In this document: in pieces, positions 29,904 through 38,422 of the stretch
Layout of the letters: each line of letters starts with the position of its first letter
Numbering within the stretch: position 1 is the first letter of the stretch
From: Candidatus Fraserbacteria bacterium
GTDB lineage: Bacteria > Bipolaricaulota > Bipolaricaulia > RBG-16-55-9 > DRXL01
Reading direction: 5' to 3'
DNA: 64,000 bases
Assembly (NCBI GenBank): GCA_947085185.1
Contig: CAMTVK010000002.1
Location: forward strand, 181,995 to 245,994
Translations under genes and position numbers: made by a program
Notes under the pieces: generated by a model
Seen by the model: only the letters and a program-made list of their open reading frames with translations
Told to the model about the DNA's origin: nothing
The model's database searches: none

Positions 29904-31544
29904 CAAGACTGGAAGTGGCTCAAAACTCAACAAGAAGGACAGTTCTTTGAGCGCAAGTCTTGCTATGACCGCTCCGGCGCACGACCCAAACTACGCCCCG
30001 CCCGTGAGGTAGCTCACGATATTGCTGAGACTTTGGCAGCGATGGCGAACGCCGACGGGGGCGCCCTTGTGTTGGGCATTGAAGACGATGGCACACCGAC
30101 GGGAATGAGCTATCCCCCTGATCGTTTAGATGTTATCTTAAGAGCTCCTGAGCGCTTAGTCCAGCCGCCGCTCAGAGCGCATCACCAGTGGATAGAACTC
30201 GATGGGGTCAGAGTCCTCCTCTTCGAGGTGGATTGGAGCCCGGAGGTTCACCAACTGAGCGATGGCCGGTATCTCCTGCGCGTGGGGGCCAAGAACTTGC
30301 CATTTCCGGCTTCGGATATTGCAGGAATGAAAGAGGGCAAACGCCGCCGGGTTACTGAATCCCGGCTCATTACCGAAGCTTCTCTACAGGATTTGGATCC
30401 GGCGCTCTTTGACGAACTCCGACAGAAAACGGGACTGAGTCTTTCGAATCAAGAGCTCCTTCAGCATTACCGTTTGGCGGAAGCGCGGAATGGGAGGCTT
30501 GTGCTCTCCCTGGCCGGGTTACTCCTCTTTGCCAAAGATCCCCTCCGCTGGCACCCGGCGTGCTTCGTGGACTTCGTCAAATGGGAAGGGACTGAGCGGC
30601 GGTTTGGCACCGCCCTCAATGTGGTGAAGCGCGCCCGAATGGAGGCGCCTTTGCCCAAGCTCATCGCACAGACATTTGCCACCATCCGGCCTTACATCCG
30701 GGAGCGTCAGCAGCTCGTTGATTTATTCTTCGAGGAACGATTTGAGTATCCCACTTTCTCCTGGCAAGAAGCGATCATTAATGCGGTGGCTCATCGAGAC
30801 TATGCTCTGGAAGGAACGCCAATAGAAGTCTGGATGTTCGATGACCGCCTGGAGGTGCGCAGCCCTGGAGAACTCGTCGAGCCGGTAACGCTTGAACGCC
30901 TTACTCGCCGCGAGCGCGTCCACGCCTCACGCAACCCAAGGATTGTGCGGGTATTAACCGACTGGGGATACATGCGGGAACTGGGGGAAGGAGTCCCCCG
31001 CATGTTCGAAGTTATGGAGCGCGAAGGATTAAAGCCTCCGGAGTTCCAGATGGAGGCGGGCGCGATCTTCACCGTGATTCTGCGCAACACGCCTGTCTTT
31101 TCCGCGGAGACCATGCGCTGGCTTGAGCAATTCACGGGGCAGGACCTCACCGCAAATCAGAAGCGTCTCCTGGCCTATGCTCACGCGCACGGCGGCCGAT
31201 TTACCAGCCGGGCTTATCAAAAATTGGTCGGAGTAGACCTGTATACGGCTTCGAAAGACATTAAGGATCTGATTCGTAAGCGCATCGTTATATTGCCTCG
31301 CAAGGGGGGGCGGGTATATGAGCTTGTGTCCACCCCTATGCAAGTCACCGCCGAAAAACCACCAGAGTATGCTGCTTTAGAACCGATTCTGGCAAAGAAA
31401 GGATACGTCAAAAACCAGGATATTCGTGAGGCGCTGGGGGTCACCCTTGCCCGGGCAAGACGCATTGCCCACGAGTTAGTCTCGCTGGGCTGGCTACGGC
31501 CAGAGGGCGAAAAGCGGGGCAGGCGGTATGTTCCGTCCCGTTAA
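29901..31544 (+). CDS. AlbA_2 (Schlafen-like) + HATPase_c_4 + HTH protein
   Basis: EGQFFERKS, AMANADGG.LVLGIEDDG, EAIINAVAHRDY, SPG, RNPRI, LGEGVPRM. Confidence 0.88.
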   Translation: MQDWKWLKTQQEGQFFERKSCYDRSGARPKLRPAREVAHDIAETLAAMANADGGALVLGIEDDGTPTGMSYPPDRLDVILRAPERLVQPPLRAHHQWIELDGVRVLLFEVDWSPEVHQLSDGRYLLRVGAKNLPFPASDIAGMKEGKRRRVTESRLITEASLQDLDPALFDELRQKTGLSLSNQELLQHYRLAEARNGRLVLSLAGLLLFAKDPLRWHPACFVDFVKWEGTERRFGTALNVVKRARMEAPLPKLIAQTFATIRPYIRERQQLVDLFFEERFEYPTFSWQEAIINAVAHRDYALEGTPIEVWMFDDRLEVRSPGELVEPVTLERLTRRERVHASRNPRIVRVLTDWGYMRELGEGVPRMFEVMEREGLKPPEFQMEAGAIFTVILRNTPVFSAETMRWLEQFTGQDLTANQKRLLAYAHAHGGRFTSRAYQKLVGVDLYTASKDIKDLIRKRIVILPRKGGRVYELVSTPMQVTAEKPPEYAALEPILAKKGYVKNQDIREALGVTLARARRIAHELVSLGWLRPEGEKRGRRYVPSR

Positions 31545-31730
31545 GTTATTGAACAGCCTCATCTCCATATTGAACATCGTCATTTTGTCTTGGTCATTAT
31601 GAGGATGTTCAATAACAATGCTCGTTAACGGCTCTGTCTAGCCGGCTAGACGTCTAGCCGCTAGACAAGATGTTCAATAACAATGCTCGTTAACGGCAGC
31701 GTCCAGCCAGCTGGACACCGACGGCTGGAC
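31545..31730. repeat. Complex intergenic repeat knot
   Basis: 18-bp inverted repeat (31545-31562 / 31599-31616, 1 mismatch), 29-bp direct repeat (31604-31632, 31669-31697), GTCYAGCC(R)GCTRGAC palindromes. Confidence 0.85.
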
Positions 31731-31767
31731 GACAACGGCCCGAGCGACTCCAGGAGGCGGTGGTGGC

Positions 31768-31809
31768 GCTGGTGCGGGCGCGGCTGGAGAAGGCGAGGAG
31801 CGTGTAACG

Positions 31810-31812
<3 letters not shown>
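31768..31812 (+). repeat. 45-bp direct repeat copy 2
   Basis: Identical to 29859-29903; ends on the RAYT ATG. Confidence 0.95.
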
Positions 31813-32436
<624 letters not shown>

Positions 32437-32444
32437 ATGGTCAA

Positions 32445-32471
32445 GTAGGGGCACGTCGCAACGTGCCCCTA
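32445..32471. repeat. REP immediately downstream of RAYT
   Basis: GTAGGGGCACGTCGCAACGTGCCCCTA (one internal substitution). Confidence 0.9.
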
Positions 32472-32597
32472 GCCAGGCCAGGAGCGTGTGATAAACTGAG
32501 CAAGCTGAGGTGATTTGCCATGACCAGCATGCGGCGAGACGGTCTTCGACGCGCTTTGGGCCTGACGGCGGGCGCTTCCTGCGTGCTTTGCGTCATA

Positions 32598-33386
32598 TCA
32601 GCCCAGAGCCACATCTAAATAGAGCATGACGGCGGCGCCGAGCATCAAGCCCAAAGTGGCCGGGCGCTCGTGGTTGCGGCGATGCGTCTCCGGGATGATC
32701 TCATCGCTGATGACGTAGAGCATCGCCCCAGCGGCGAACCCCATCGCATAAGGTAAAAGGAACTGAGCCGTATGAACCGCCCACGCACCAAAGAGGGCCA
32801 GCGGCACCTCGACGAGTCCGGCCCGAACGCCCACGAAGCTCGCGTAAAAATAAGCTCCCAGCCCGATGTTGAGCGCGGATACTGCGACAGCTAAGCCCTC
32901 GGGAATGTTTTGCATGCCGATGGCCAGCATGAGCTTCAAGGCATTTGAAAGATCTCCGGAGCCGAAACCCACCCCAACGGCCAAACCTTCTGGCATATTA
33001 TGGAGCGTTATAGCAAAAATGAAGAGCCACACGGCCTTAATGCGGGCGGTATATCGTCCCTCACGTCCCATGACCGCGTGCAGATGCGGCACCACGTGAT
33101 CGCCCAGATCGAGGACGAGCACCCCCAGGGCGATGCCGATGAGTACGGGGAAGATCCCGCCGTATTCGATTCCCGGCAAAATGAGGCTGGTGAAGCTGGC
33201 GGTGAGCATAACGCCGGCCGCAAAGCCGAGCGCTGCGTCTAAAAACCTTTCAGAAGGTCTGCGCCACACCAGCACGAGAAGCGCGCCGAGGGCGTTGAGC
33301 AGCGCGATCACGATGCCCCCCATTAACCCTTGCAGGATCGGGTTGGGTCCCGCGATCGCAATGAACATCGTCTCTATCAGATTCAT
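32598..33386 (-). CDS. ZIP family metal transporter (GufA/ZupT-like)
   Basis: LHNMPEGLAVG, QNIPEG, DEIIPE. Confidence 0.92.
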   Translation of the reverse strand: MNLIETMFIAIAGPNPILQGLMGGIVIALLNALGALLVLVWRRPSERFLDAALGFAAGVMLTASFTSLILPGIEYGGIFPVLIGIALGVLVLDLGDHVVPHLHAVMGREGRYTARIKAVWLFIFAITLHNMPEGLAVGVGFGSGDLSNALKLMLAIGMQNIPEGLAVAVSALNIGLGAYFYASFVGVRAGLVEVPLALFGAWAVHTAQFLLPYAMGFAAGAMLYVISDEIIPETHRRNHERPATLGLMLGAAVMLYLDVALG

Positions 33387-33474
33387 TGGCTACCTCCAAT
33401 TTTATTGCTCATAGCTAACTTTCAAGGGAGTATAGCAGACGAATAAGAGCCTGTCAAGGTTTTCTACAGAGCTA

Positions 33475-34428
33475 TTAAAATCCCAAGATAGACTCCGGAC
33501 GCAGATAGTGACACGTGTAGCCGTTTGGGTGCTTTTGGAGATAATCTTGGTGCTCTTCTTCAGCGCGCCAGAACGGGCCGGCCCGCTCCACTTGGGTGAC
33601 GACCGGCCCACCCCAGTGGCTGTGTCTGTTGAGACGCTCTATGAAGTCGAGCGCCATCTGGCGCTGCTGTTCTGTGTGATAGAAGATCGCCGAACGGTAC
33701 GATTCCCCGATATCGTTGCCCTGACGGTTGGGCGTCGTGGGATCGTGCATGCGGAAGAAATAGCGCAAGAGCTGCTCGAACGGAAGCTGCTCTGTGTTAT
33801 AAATCACTTTGACGGCCTCGGCATGGCCGGGATGATGACGATACGTGGCATTGGGGACTGTGCCGCCGGTGTAGCCGACCTCCGTGTAGACGACCCCGGG
33901 GATCTCTCTCAGGATCTCTTGCATGCCCCAGAAGCATCCCCCGGCTAGATAAATCACTTCACGCTGAGGGACAAGCCCCGCTAAGATAAACGGCTCCAGA
34001 TACCGAGCGTAGCCCTGAGCTTCCATCTGAGCGACTGGCACAAAGCGCAACGCCGCAGAGTTGATACAATAGCGCTTATAGGTGGGCGGCGGACCGTCGT
34101 CGAAGACGTGCCCCAAGTGCGAGTCGCCATGTCTGGAGCGCACTTCGGTGCGCACCATGCCGTAGGAATAATCGGGCTTTTCTATGATATTATGGGGCTC
34201 GATGGGCTTGGTGAAGCTCGGCCAGCCCGTGCCCGAATCGAACTTATCAAAAGACGAGAACAGCGGCTCACCGCTTACAATATCGACATAGATGCCCGGC
34301 TCGCGGTGATCCCAATAGGCGTTCTGAAACGGGGGTTCTGTGCCGCAGTTGCAGACGACCTCAAATTGTTCAGGGGTTAGACGCTTCTTCAGTTCTTCAC
34401 GCGACGGCTTGTGATCCACAAAGACCAC
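33475..34428 (-). CDS. Bifunctional methionine sulfoxide reductase, MsrB-MsrA order
   Basis: GTGWPSF, HLGHVF, RYCINS followed by [18 protein letters not shown]. Confidence 0.95.
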   Translation of the reverse strand: MVFVDHKPSREELKKRLTPEQFEVVCNCGTEPPFQNAYWDHREPGIYVDIVSGEPLFSSFDKFDSGTGWPSFTKPIEPHNIIEKPDYSYGMVRTEVRSRHGDSHLGHVFDDGPPPTYKRYCINSAALRFVPVAQMEAQGYARYLEPFILAGLVPQREVIYLAGGCFWGMQEILREIPGVVYTEVGYTGGTVPNATYRHHPGHAEAVKVIYNTEQLPFEQLLRYFFRMHDPTTPNRQGNDIGESYRSAIFYHTEQQRQMALDFIERLNRHSHWGGPVVTQVERAGPFWRAEEEHQDYLQKHPNGYTCHYLRPESILGF

Positions 34429-34454
34429 CCTCCTGATCTGTAGTTATTTTACTG

Positions 34455-34516
34455 TCGTAGGGGCACGTTGCAACGTGCCCCTACGATCATCCGTGCCCCA
34501 CGATCATCGTTCAATA
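34455..34516. repeat. REP plus flank: inverted copy of RAYT-internal segment 32069-32129
   Basis: Reverse complement of 34457-34516 matches 32069-32129 except one G in a G-run. Confidence 0.92.
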
Positions 34517-34560
34517 GGCAAGCTCTCAAATTTTCAGTATAATCTGCGTGGTGACCGACT

Positions 34561-35535
34561 ATGCGCGTGCTCTCTATTATCGTGCTGATATTGATAGGAG
34601 CTCTCGTGCCCAGCTCTGCTCAGTCTCAGGTGGTTGTGGTCTTGGACTGGTTGCCCAACCCCAATCACGTCCCGATCTATGTCGCTCAAGAAGCGGGATT
34701 CTTCACAGCCGAAGGAGTGAGCGTCTCCGTGCACGCCCCGACGGCTTTTGATCCCAGCGACCCAGCCAAGCTTGCTGCCTCAGGCCGCGCCGATCTTGCT
34801 ATCACCACACCGATCAATCTTATAATCATACGCTCCCAAGATGTGCCGCTCACTGCTGTGGGCTCGCTCATCCAAAAGCCGTTGGGGGGTCTGTTGGCGC
34901 TCAAAGAGCGGGGGATCACGACTTTAGCCGACTTCCGAGGGCGCAAGATCGGGTACTCTCTTGAGCCAGAAGAGCCCGTGCTGTGGGCAGCGATGCTCGA
35001 AACGGCAGGCCTCAAGCCCGGAGATTACACACTGATCAATGTGGGCTTCGACACCCTGCCGGCGCTCTTGACCGGCCAAGTGGACGCCATCGGCGCGTTC
35101 AGGAACGTCGAGAAGATTGTAGTCGAGGTTCAGGAGCGCAAAGAAACCGTGTTCTTCCCGTTTGAGGAGCACGGGATTCCCGATCATCCCCAGCTCATTT
35201 TTATCGCGAACGAGAGCGTGGCGCGCCAGAAGTCCGAGCTGCTGAAAAGATTCTTACGGGCGCTCTTACGCGCCGTGGCGCTCACGCTCCAAGAGCCCGA
35301 CCGCGCTTTCGCGCTCTTTCTCAAAGCCAATCCCGACCTCCAGAGAGAAGCCGATCTCAACAGAAAATTCTTCGAGGCGACGCGAGCGCTCTTTGCCGGG
35401 GCTCCTTGTCATAATCACTTAGAGAAGTGGGCCAAGCTCCAAGATTTTCTCTTTGAGCGCAGACTCATCGAGCGCAGGAGCGATCTTGCTCGGCTGGTCA
35501 CGGTCAGCCTTCTGCCGCCGGAGTGTGGACAATGA
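34561..35535 (+). CDS. NMT1/THI5-like ABC substrate-binding protein
   Basis: Signal peptide, LDWLPNPNH, LINVGF..LLTGQVDA. Confidence 0.88.
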   Translation: MRVLSIIVLILIGALVPSSAQSQVVVVLDWLPNPNHVPIYVAQEAGFFTAEGVSVSVHAPTAFDPSDPAKLAASGRADLAITTPINLIIIRSQDVPLTAVGSLIQKPLGGLLALKERGITTLADFRGRKIGYSLEPEEPVLWAAMLETAGLKPGDYTLINVGFDTLPALLTGQVDAIGAFRNVEKIVVEVQERKETVFFPFEEHGIPDHPQLIFIANESVARQKSELLKRFLRALLRAVALTLQEPDRAFALFLKANPDLQREADLNRKFFEATRALFAGAPCHNHLEKWAKLQDFLFERRLIERRSDLARLVTVSLLPPECGQ

Positions 35536-36332
35536 TACGAGTCGGGTTCTATCAGTTTTGCCCTATATTGGGCGAGGTGCGCGCCAATCTGCGCAAGATC
35601 GCCGAAGTCCTCGAGAACATCCAAGCTGACATACTTGTCCTGCCGGAGCTATGCACGACGGGATATCTCTTCGCGTCGCAAGACGAAGTTTTTGAGCTTG
35701 CCGAGCCGATCCCCGGCCCGACGACGCTCTTTGTAGAGAGCGTAACACGGCGCAAGCGCTGTTGGCTTGTGCTGGGCATGGCCGAGCGCGATGAACTCTC
35801 AAAAGAGTGCTATAACTCTGCGGTGCTCCTCGGGCCCGACGGCCTGAAGGCCGTCTATCGCAAAGCCCATCTCTTTTTAGAAGAAAAGCTCTATTTCGCG
35901 CCCGGCGATACGCCCTTCCGAGTTTATGATTTAGGCTTTGCCCGTGTGGGAATGCTCGTCTGTTTCGATCATTTCTTTCCGGAGGCCGCGCGCACGTTAG
36001 CCCTGCAGGGGGCGCAGATCATCTGTCATCCCTCGAATTTAGTCTTGCCGGGCAAGGGGCAGCAGATCACGCGGGTGCGGGCTATGGAGAACCGAGTCTT
36101 TTGGATCTTGGCAAATCGCTATGGGACGGAAGAGCGCGAGGGGAAGAGACTCACGTACACTGGGGCGAGCCAGATCGTTGCGCCCGACGGCGAGATCCTC
36201 GCGAAAGCGCCGCCTGATGGAGAATCGTTGCAGATTCTCGAGATCAGCCCTGCTCACGCTGACGACAAAAAAGTCACAGCGATGAACGATCTCTTTCAAG
36301 ATAGGAGGCCAGAGCTCTATAGTCTCACATAA
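35532..36332 (+). CDS. Carbon-nitrogen hydrolase (nitrilase family)
   Basis: LPEL, YRKAHLF, VCFD triad. Confidence 0.92.
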   Translation: MIRVGFYQFCPILGEVRANLRKIAEVLENIQADILVLPELCTTGYLFASQDEVFELAEPIPGPTTLFVESVTRRKRCWLVLGMAERDELSKECYNSAVLLGPDGLKAVYRKAHLFLEEKLYFAPGDTPFRVYDLGFARVGMLVCFDHFFPEAARTLALQGAQIICHPSNLVLPGKGQQITRVRAMENRVFWILANRYGTEEREGKRLTYTGASQIVAPDGEILAKAPPDGESLQILEISPAHADDKKVTAMNDLFQDRRPELYSLT

Positions 36333-36348
36333 GCGCAGGCAAATAATA

Positions 36349-36639
36349 ATGAGGGGAGCAGCTCTCGGCCTGGCTGGAGGGGCGATTATCCTTGTAGGAG
36401 TTTTCGCGGTTACGGTGAAATGTCTCTCCTTTCATATATCTTCCCCGGCGCGTCCTTGGCCGTGGTACTGCTCTGACCCAGCTTACAGCATCATAGGATA
36501 TTTGGCATTTCCCGTGAATCTGCTGACGAACGATCTCTCCCAAGCGGTTATGAGCGCCCCACTATCGCTGTTGATCTATGCGATCTTCGGGGCACTCATG
36601 TATTCGGTTTTAGCGCGACTTCGGCTTGCATCACCCTGA
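36349..36639 (+). CDS. Small hypothetical membrane protein
   Basis: 96 aa with 2-3 hydrophobic segments. Confidence 0.5.
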   Translation: MRGAALGLAGGAIILVGVFAVTVKCLSFHISSPARPWPWYCSDPAYSIIGYLAFPVNLLTNDLSQAVMSAPLSLLIYAIFGALMYSVLARLRLASP

Positions 36640-36674
36640 CAATAGCGGCGCGCGGGGAGTCTTGTAAGCCCCCC

Positions 36675-36703
36675 TTGACTTGCCCAAAATGCTCTTGTAC
36701 ACT
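36675..36703 (+). promoter_or_regulatory. Promoter of the DGQHR gene (very short leader)
   Basis: TTGACT-17-TACACT, ATG 10 nt downstream. Confidence 0.6.
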
Positions 36704-36712
36704 CTAAACAAG

Positions 36713-38215
36713 ATGGCTAAAGCGATCGCCCAGGTTCGCTTCCATAACGCGTTCGAGCAGAAGATCTATAGCTTCTTCGAAAAGTTTGCCGAACATATCC
36801 AGCTCTACGGCGGAGCCGAGTACTTTCTCTTTGGACAGCAGATCGACGCAGCCTTTGATTATGAGCACTATCGTGTTCTCGTCGAGTGCAAGGATAAGGA
36901 CGCCCCGGTGATCTCGCTCCTAGAACCCATCAATAAGCTCTCATCGGTCCTTGCCGAAGCCAAGCGCGCCGAGCCCCACAGAACATACTTTGGCGTCATC
37001 GTGGTCAACTTCGAGTGGGCTGCGATCAAGCCCGAAGACGTCCAGAAGGCTAACTCCCAAGGGCTCAAGATCTGGACTGCCGAGCGGGTGCGCTTCTATG
37101 ACAGACTGAGAGATGCGCTCAACCCGGAGCTCGCGCTGCTGTCGCTCTTCAAAGACGAGTTCGGCGTCACTCGCGACACAGGAAGGACTATCTCCGTCCC
37201 GGCTATCAAGACGACACGTTTTGGCAAAGATCTCTACACGTTCGAGCTGGAAGCCGCGGCGCTCCTGCCCCTGGCGTATGTCTTTCGCTTAACCGACCCG
37301 CATACTGAAGCGTATCAGCGCATGATTGACAAAGATCGTCTCATGGAGATCGCCGCGGAGCTTTCTAAAGGGAAGCTCGAGGTCAACTTCCCCAATAATA
37401 TCATTGTCAGTTTTGAGGAGGGCGTGCGCTGGGAGCCCCGCGACGGCAACGTCGGCACGCTGCACATTCCCGAGCGCTACGGGATCGCGTGGGTGATCGA
37501 CGGCCAGCATCGGCTCTATAGCTTCTGCAAATTAGAGAACAAAGAGATCGCCGACAATTTTAAGCTCATCGTCACGGCTTTTCAGGGGCTTACGAAGGCC
37601 GAGCAAGCCACGGTCTTCCGCACCGTTAACAACAAACAGAAGAAGATCAACGCGAACTTAGTAGATTTCTTGCTCAGCAAGGAGATCGCGACTGACGACC
37701 CACGTTCGATCGCTGCCCGTGTGATCATTCGCTTCCGCGAGGAGAAATTCTTTGACTACGACGTAGATTGCGGGTTCAACGGCGGGCTCTTAAAGCTATC
37801 GAGCTTGTGTGCGGGGCTGGTCCGTCAGGGCTTGGTCGGGCGCTCCAAGGGCTTACTCCAAAAGACCCCCAAAGACGAGTCCACGCCCTATCACGTGTTG
37901 AAACAATATCTGTTAGCGGTGAAAGAGACGTTCCCCACCAATTGGAAGAGAGAGAACTCTTTTGTGCAGAGCAATGTGGGCTTGAACGTCTTCTTTGCGC
38001 TGCTGAAGAAGATTATACGCCACATGGGGGTTCCCAAAGAGCGCCTGGACGAGCTGCGCCAGCGGGACTTTGAGAAGTATCTGGAGCCGTTGAAGCTGAC
38101 AAAGTTCACCGACGAGCTGAAGAAGTTCGCGGCCACGGAGTCGGGCCGAGCAGCCGTCGTGAAGATGCTCTCCGGCAAGATCGAGCAGAAGTTCAAGGGA
38201 TTCGGGGAATTATAA
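36713..38215 (+). CDS. DGQHR (DndB-like) domain protein with N-terminal PD-(D/E)XK-like domain
   Basis: QIDAAF..VLVECK; YQR, FPNNII, VIDGQHRL, FRTVNNKQKKI. Confidence 0.85.
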   Translation: MAKAIAQVRFHNAFEQKIYSFFEKFAEHIQLYGGAEYFLFGQQIDAAFDYEHYRVLVECKDKDAPVISLLEPINKLSSVLAEAKRAEPHRTYFGVIVVNFEWAAIKPEDVQKANSQGLKIWTAERVRFYDRLRDALNPELALLSLFKDEFGVTRDTGRTISVPAIKTTRFGKDLYTFELEAAALLPLAYVFRLTDPHTEAYQRMIDKDRLMEIAAELSKGKLEVNFPNNIIVSFEEGVRWEPRDGNVGTLHIPERYGIAWVIDGQHRLYSFCKLENKEIADNFKLIVTAFQGLTKAEQATVFRTVNNKQKKINANLVDFLLSKEIATDDPRSIAARVIIRFREEKFFDYDVDCGFNGGLLKLSSLCAGLVRQGLVGRSKGLLQKTPKDESTPYHVLKQYLLAVKETFPTNWKRENSFVQSNVGLNVFFALLKKIIRHMGVPKERLDELRQRDFEKYLEPLKLTKFTDELKKFAATESGRAAVVKMLSGKIEQKFKGFGEL

Positions 38216-38254
38216 GCCTGCGTTGGCCACGCTAGGAGCGGGAAGTCTCAACTC

Positions 38255-38283
38255 TTGACTTCTCGCTCACTTTGTGTCATAAT
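38255..38283 (+). promoter_or_regulatory. leuS promoter
   Basis: TTGACT-17-CATAAT with TGn extended -10. Confidence 0.75.
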
Positions 38284-38289
38284 ACTGCC

Positions 38290-38340
38290 ATGACCCCTAT
38301 GATCAGGCGCTCTCTATGGTTCCTGCTGCTCCGTGCCTAA
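38290..38340 (+). CDS. Putative leuS leader peptide MTPMIRRSLWFLLLRA
   Basis: ATG at the expected +1, four Leu codons in six, stop inside a GC hairpin. Confidence 0.65.
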   Translation: MTPMIRRSLWFLLLRA

Positions 38341-38422
38341 GGGCACGGAGACCCTCGAGATTTGCTTCCTTAAGTAGTGCTGCAGCGACATACTCCCAGC
38401 TCTCTCAAAAGCGAGGTGCACT

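Noticed and set aside
31604..31697. Mini-CRISPR (two 29-bp repeats, 36-bp spacer, ATTGAAC-like end on the minus strand)
   Set aside because: Only two repeats, the spacer is itself palindromic and resembles the sequence after repeat 2, and no cas genes are in the window
38290..38422. T-box leader for leuS
   Set aside because: Too short, with no TGGNACCGCG T-box or U-rich terminator
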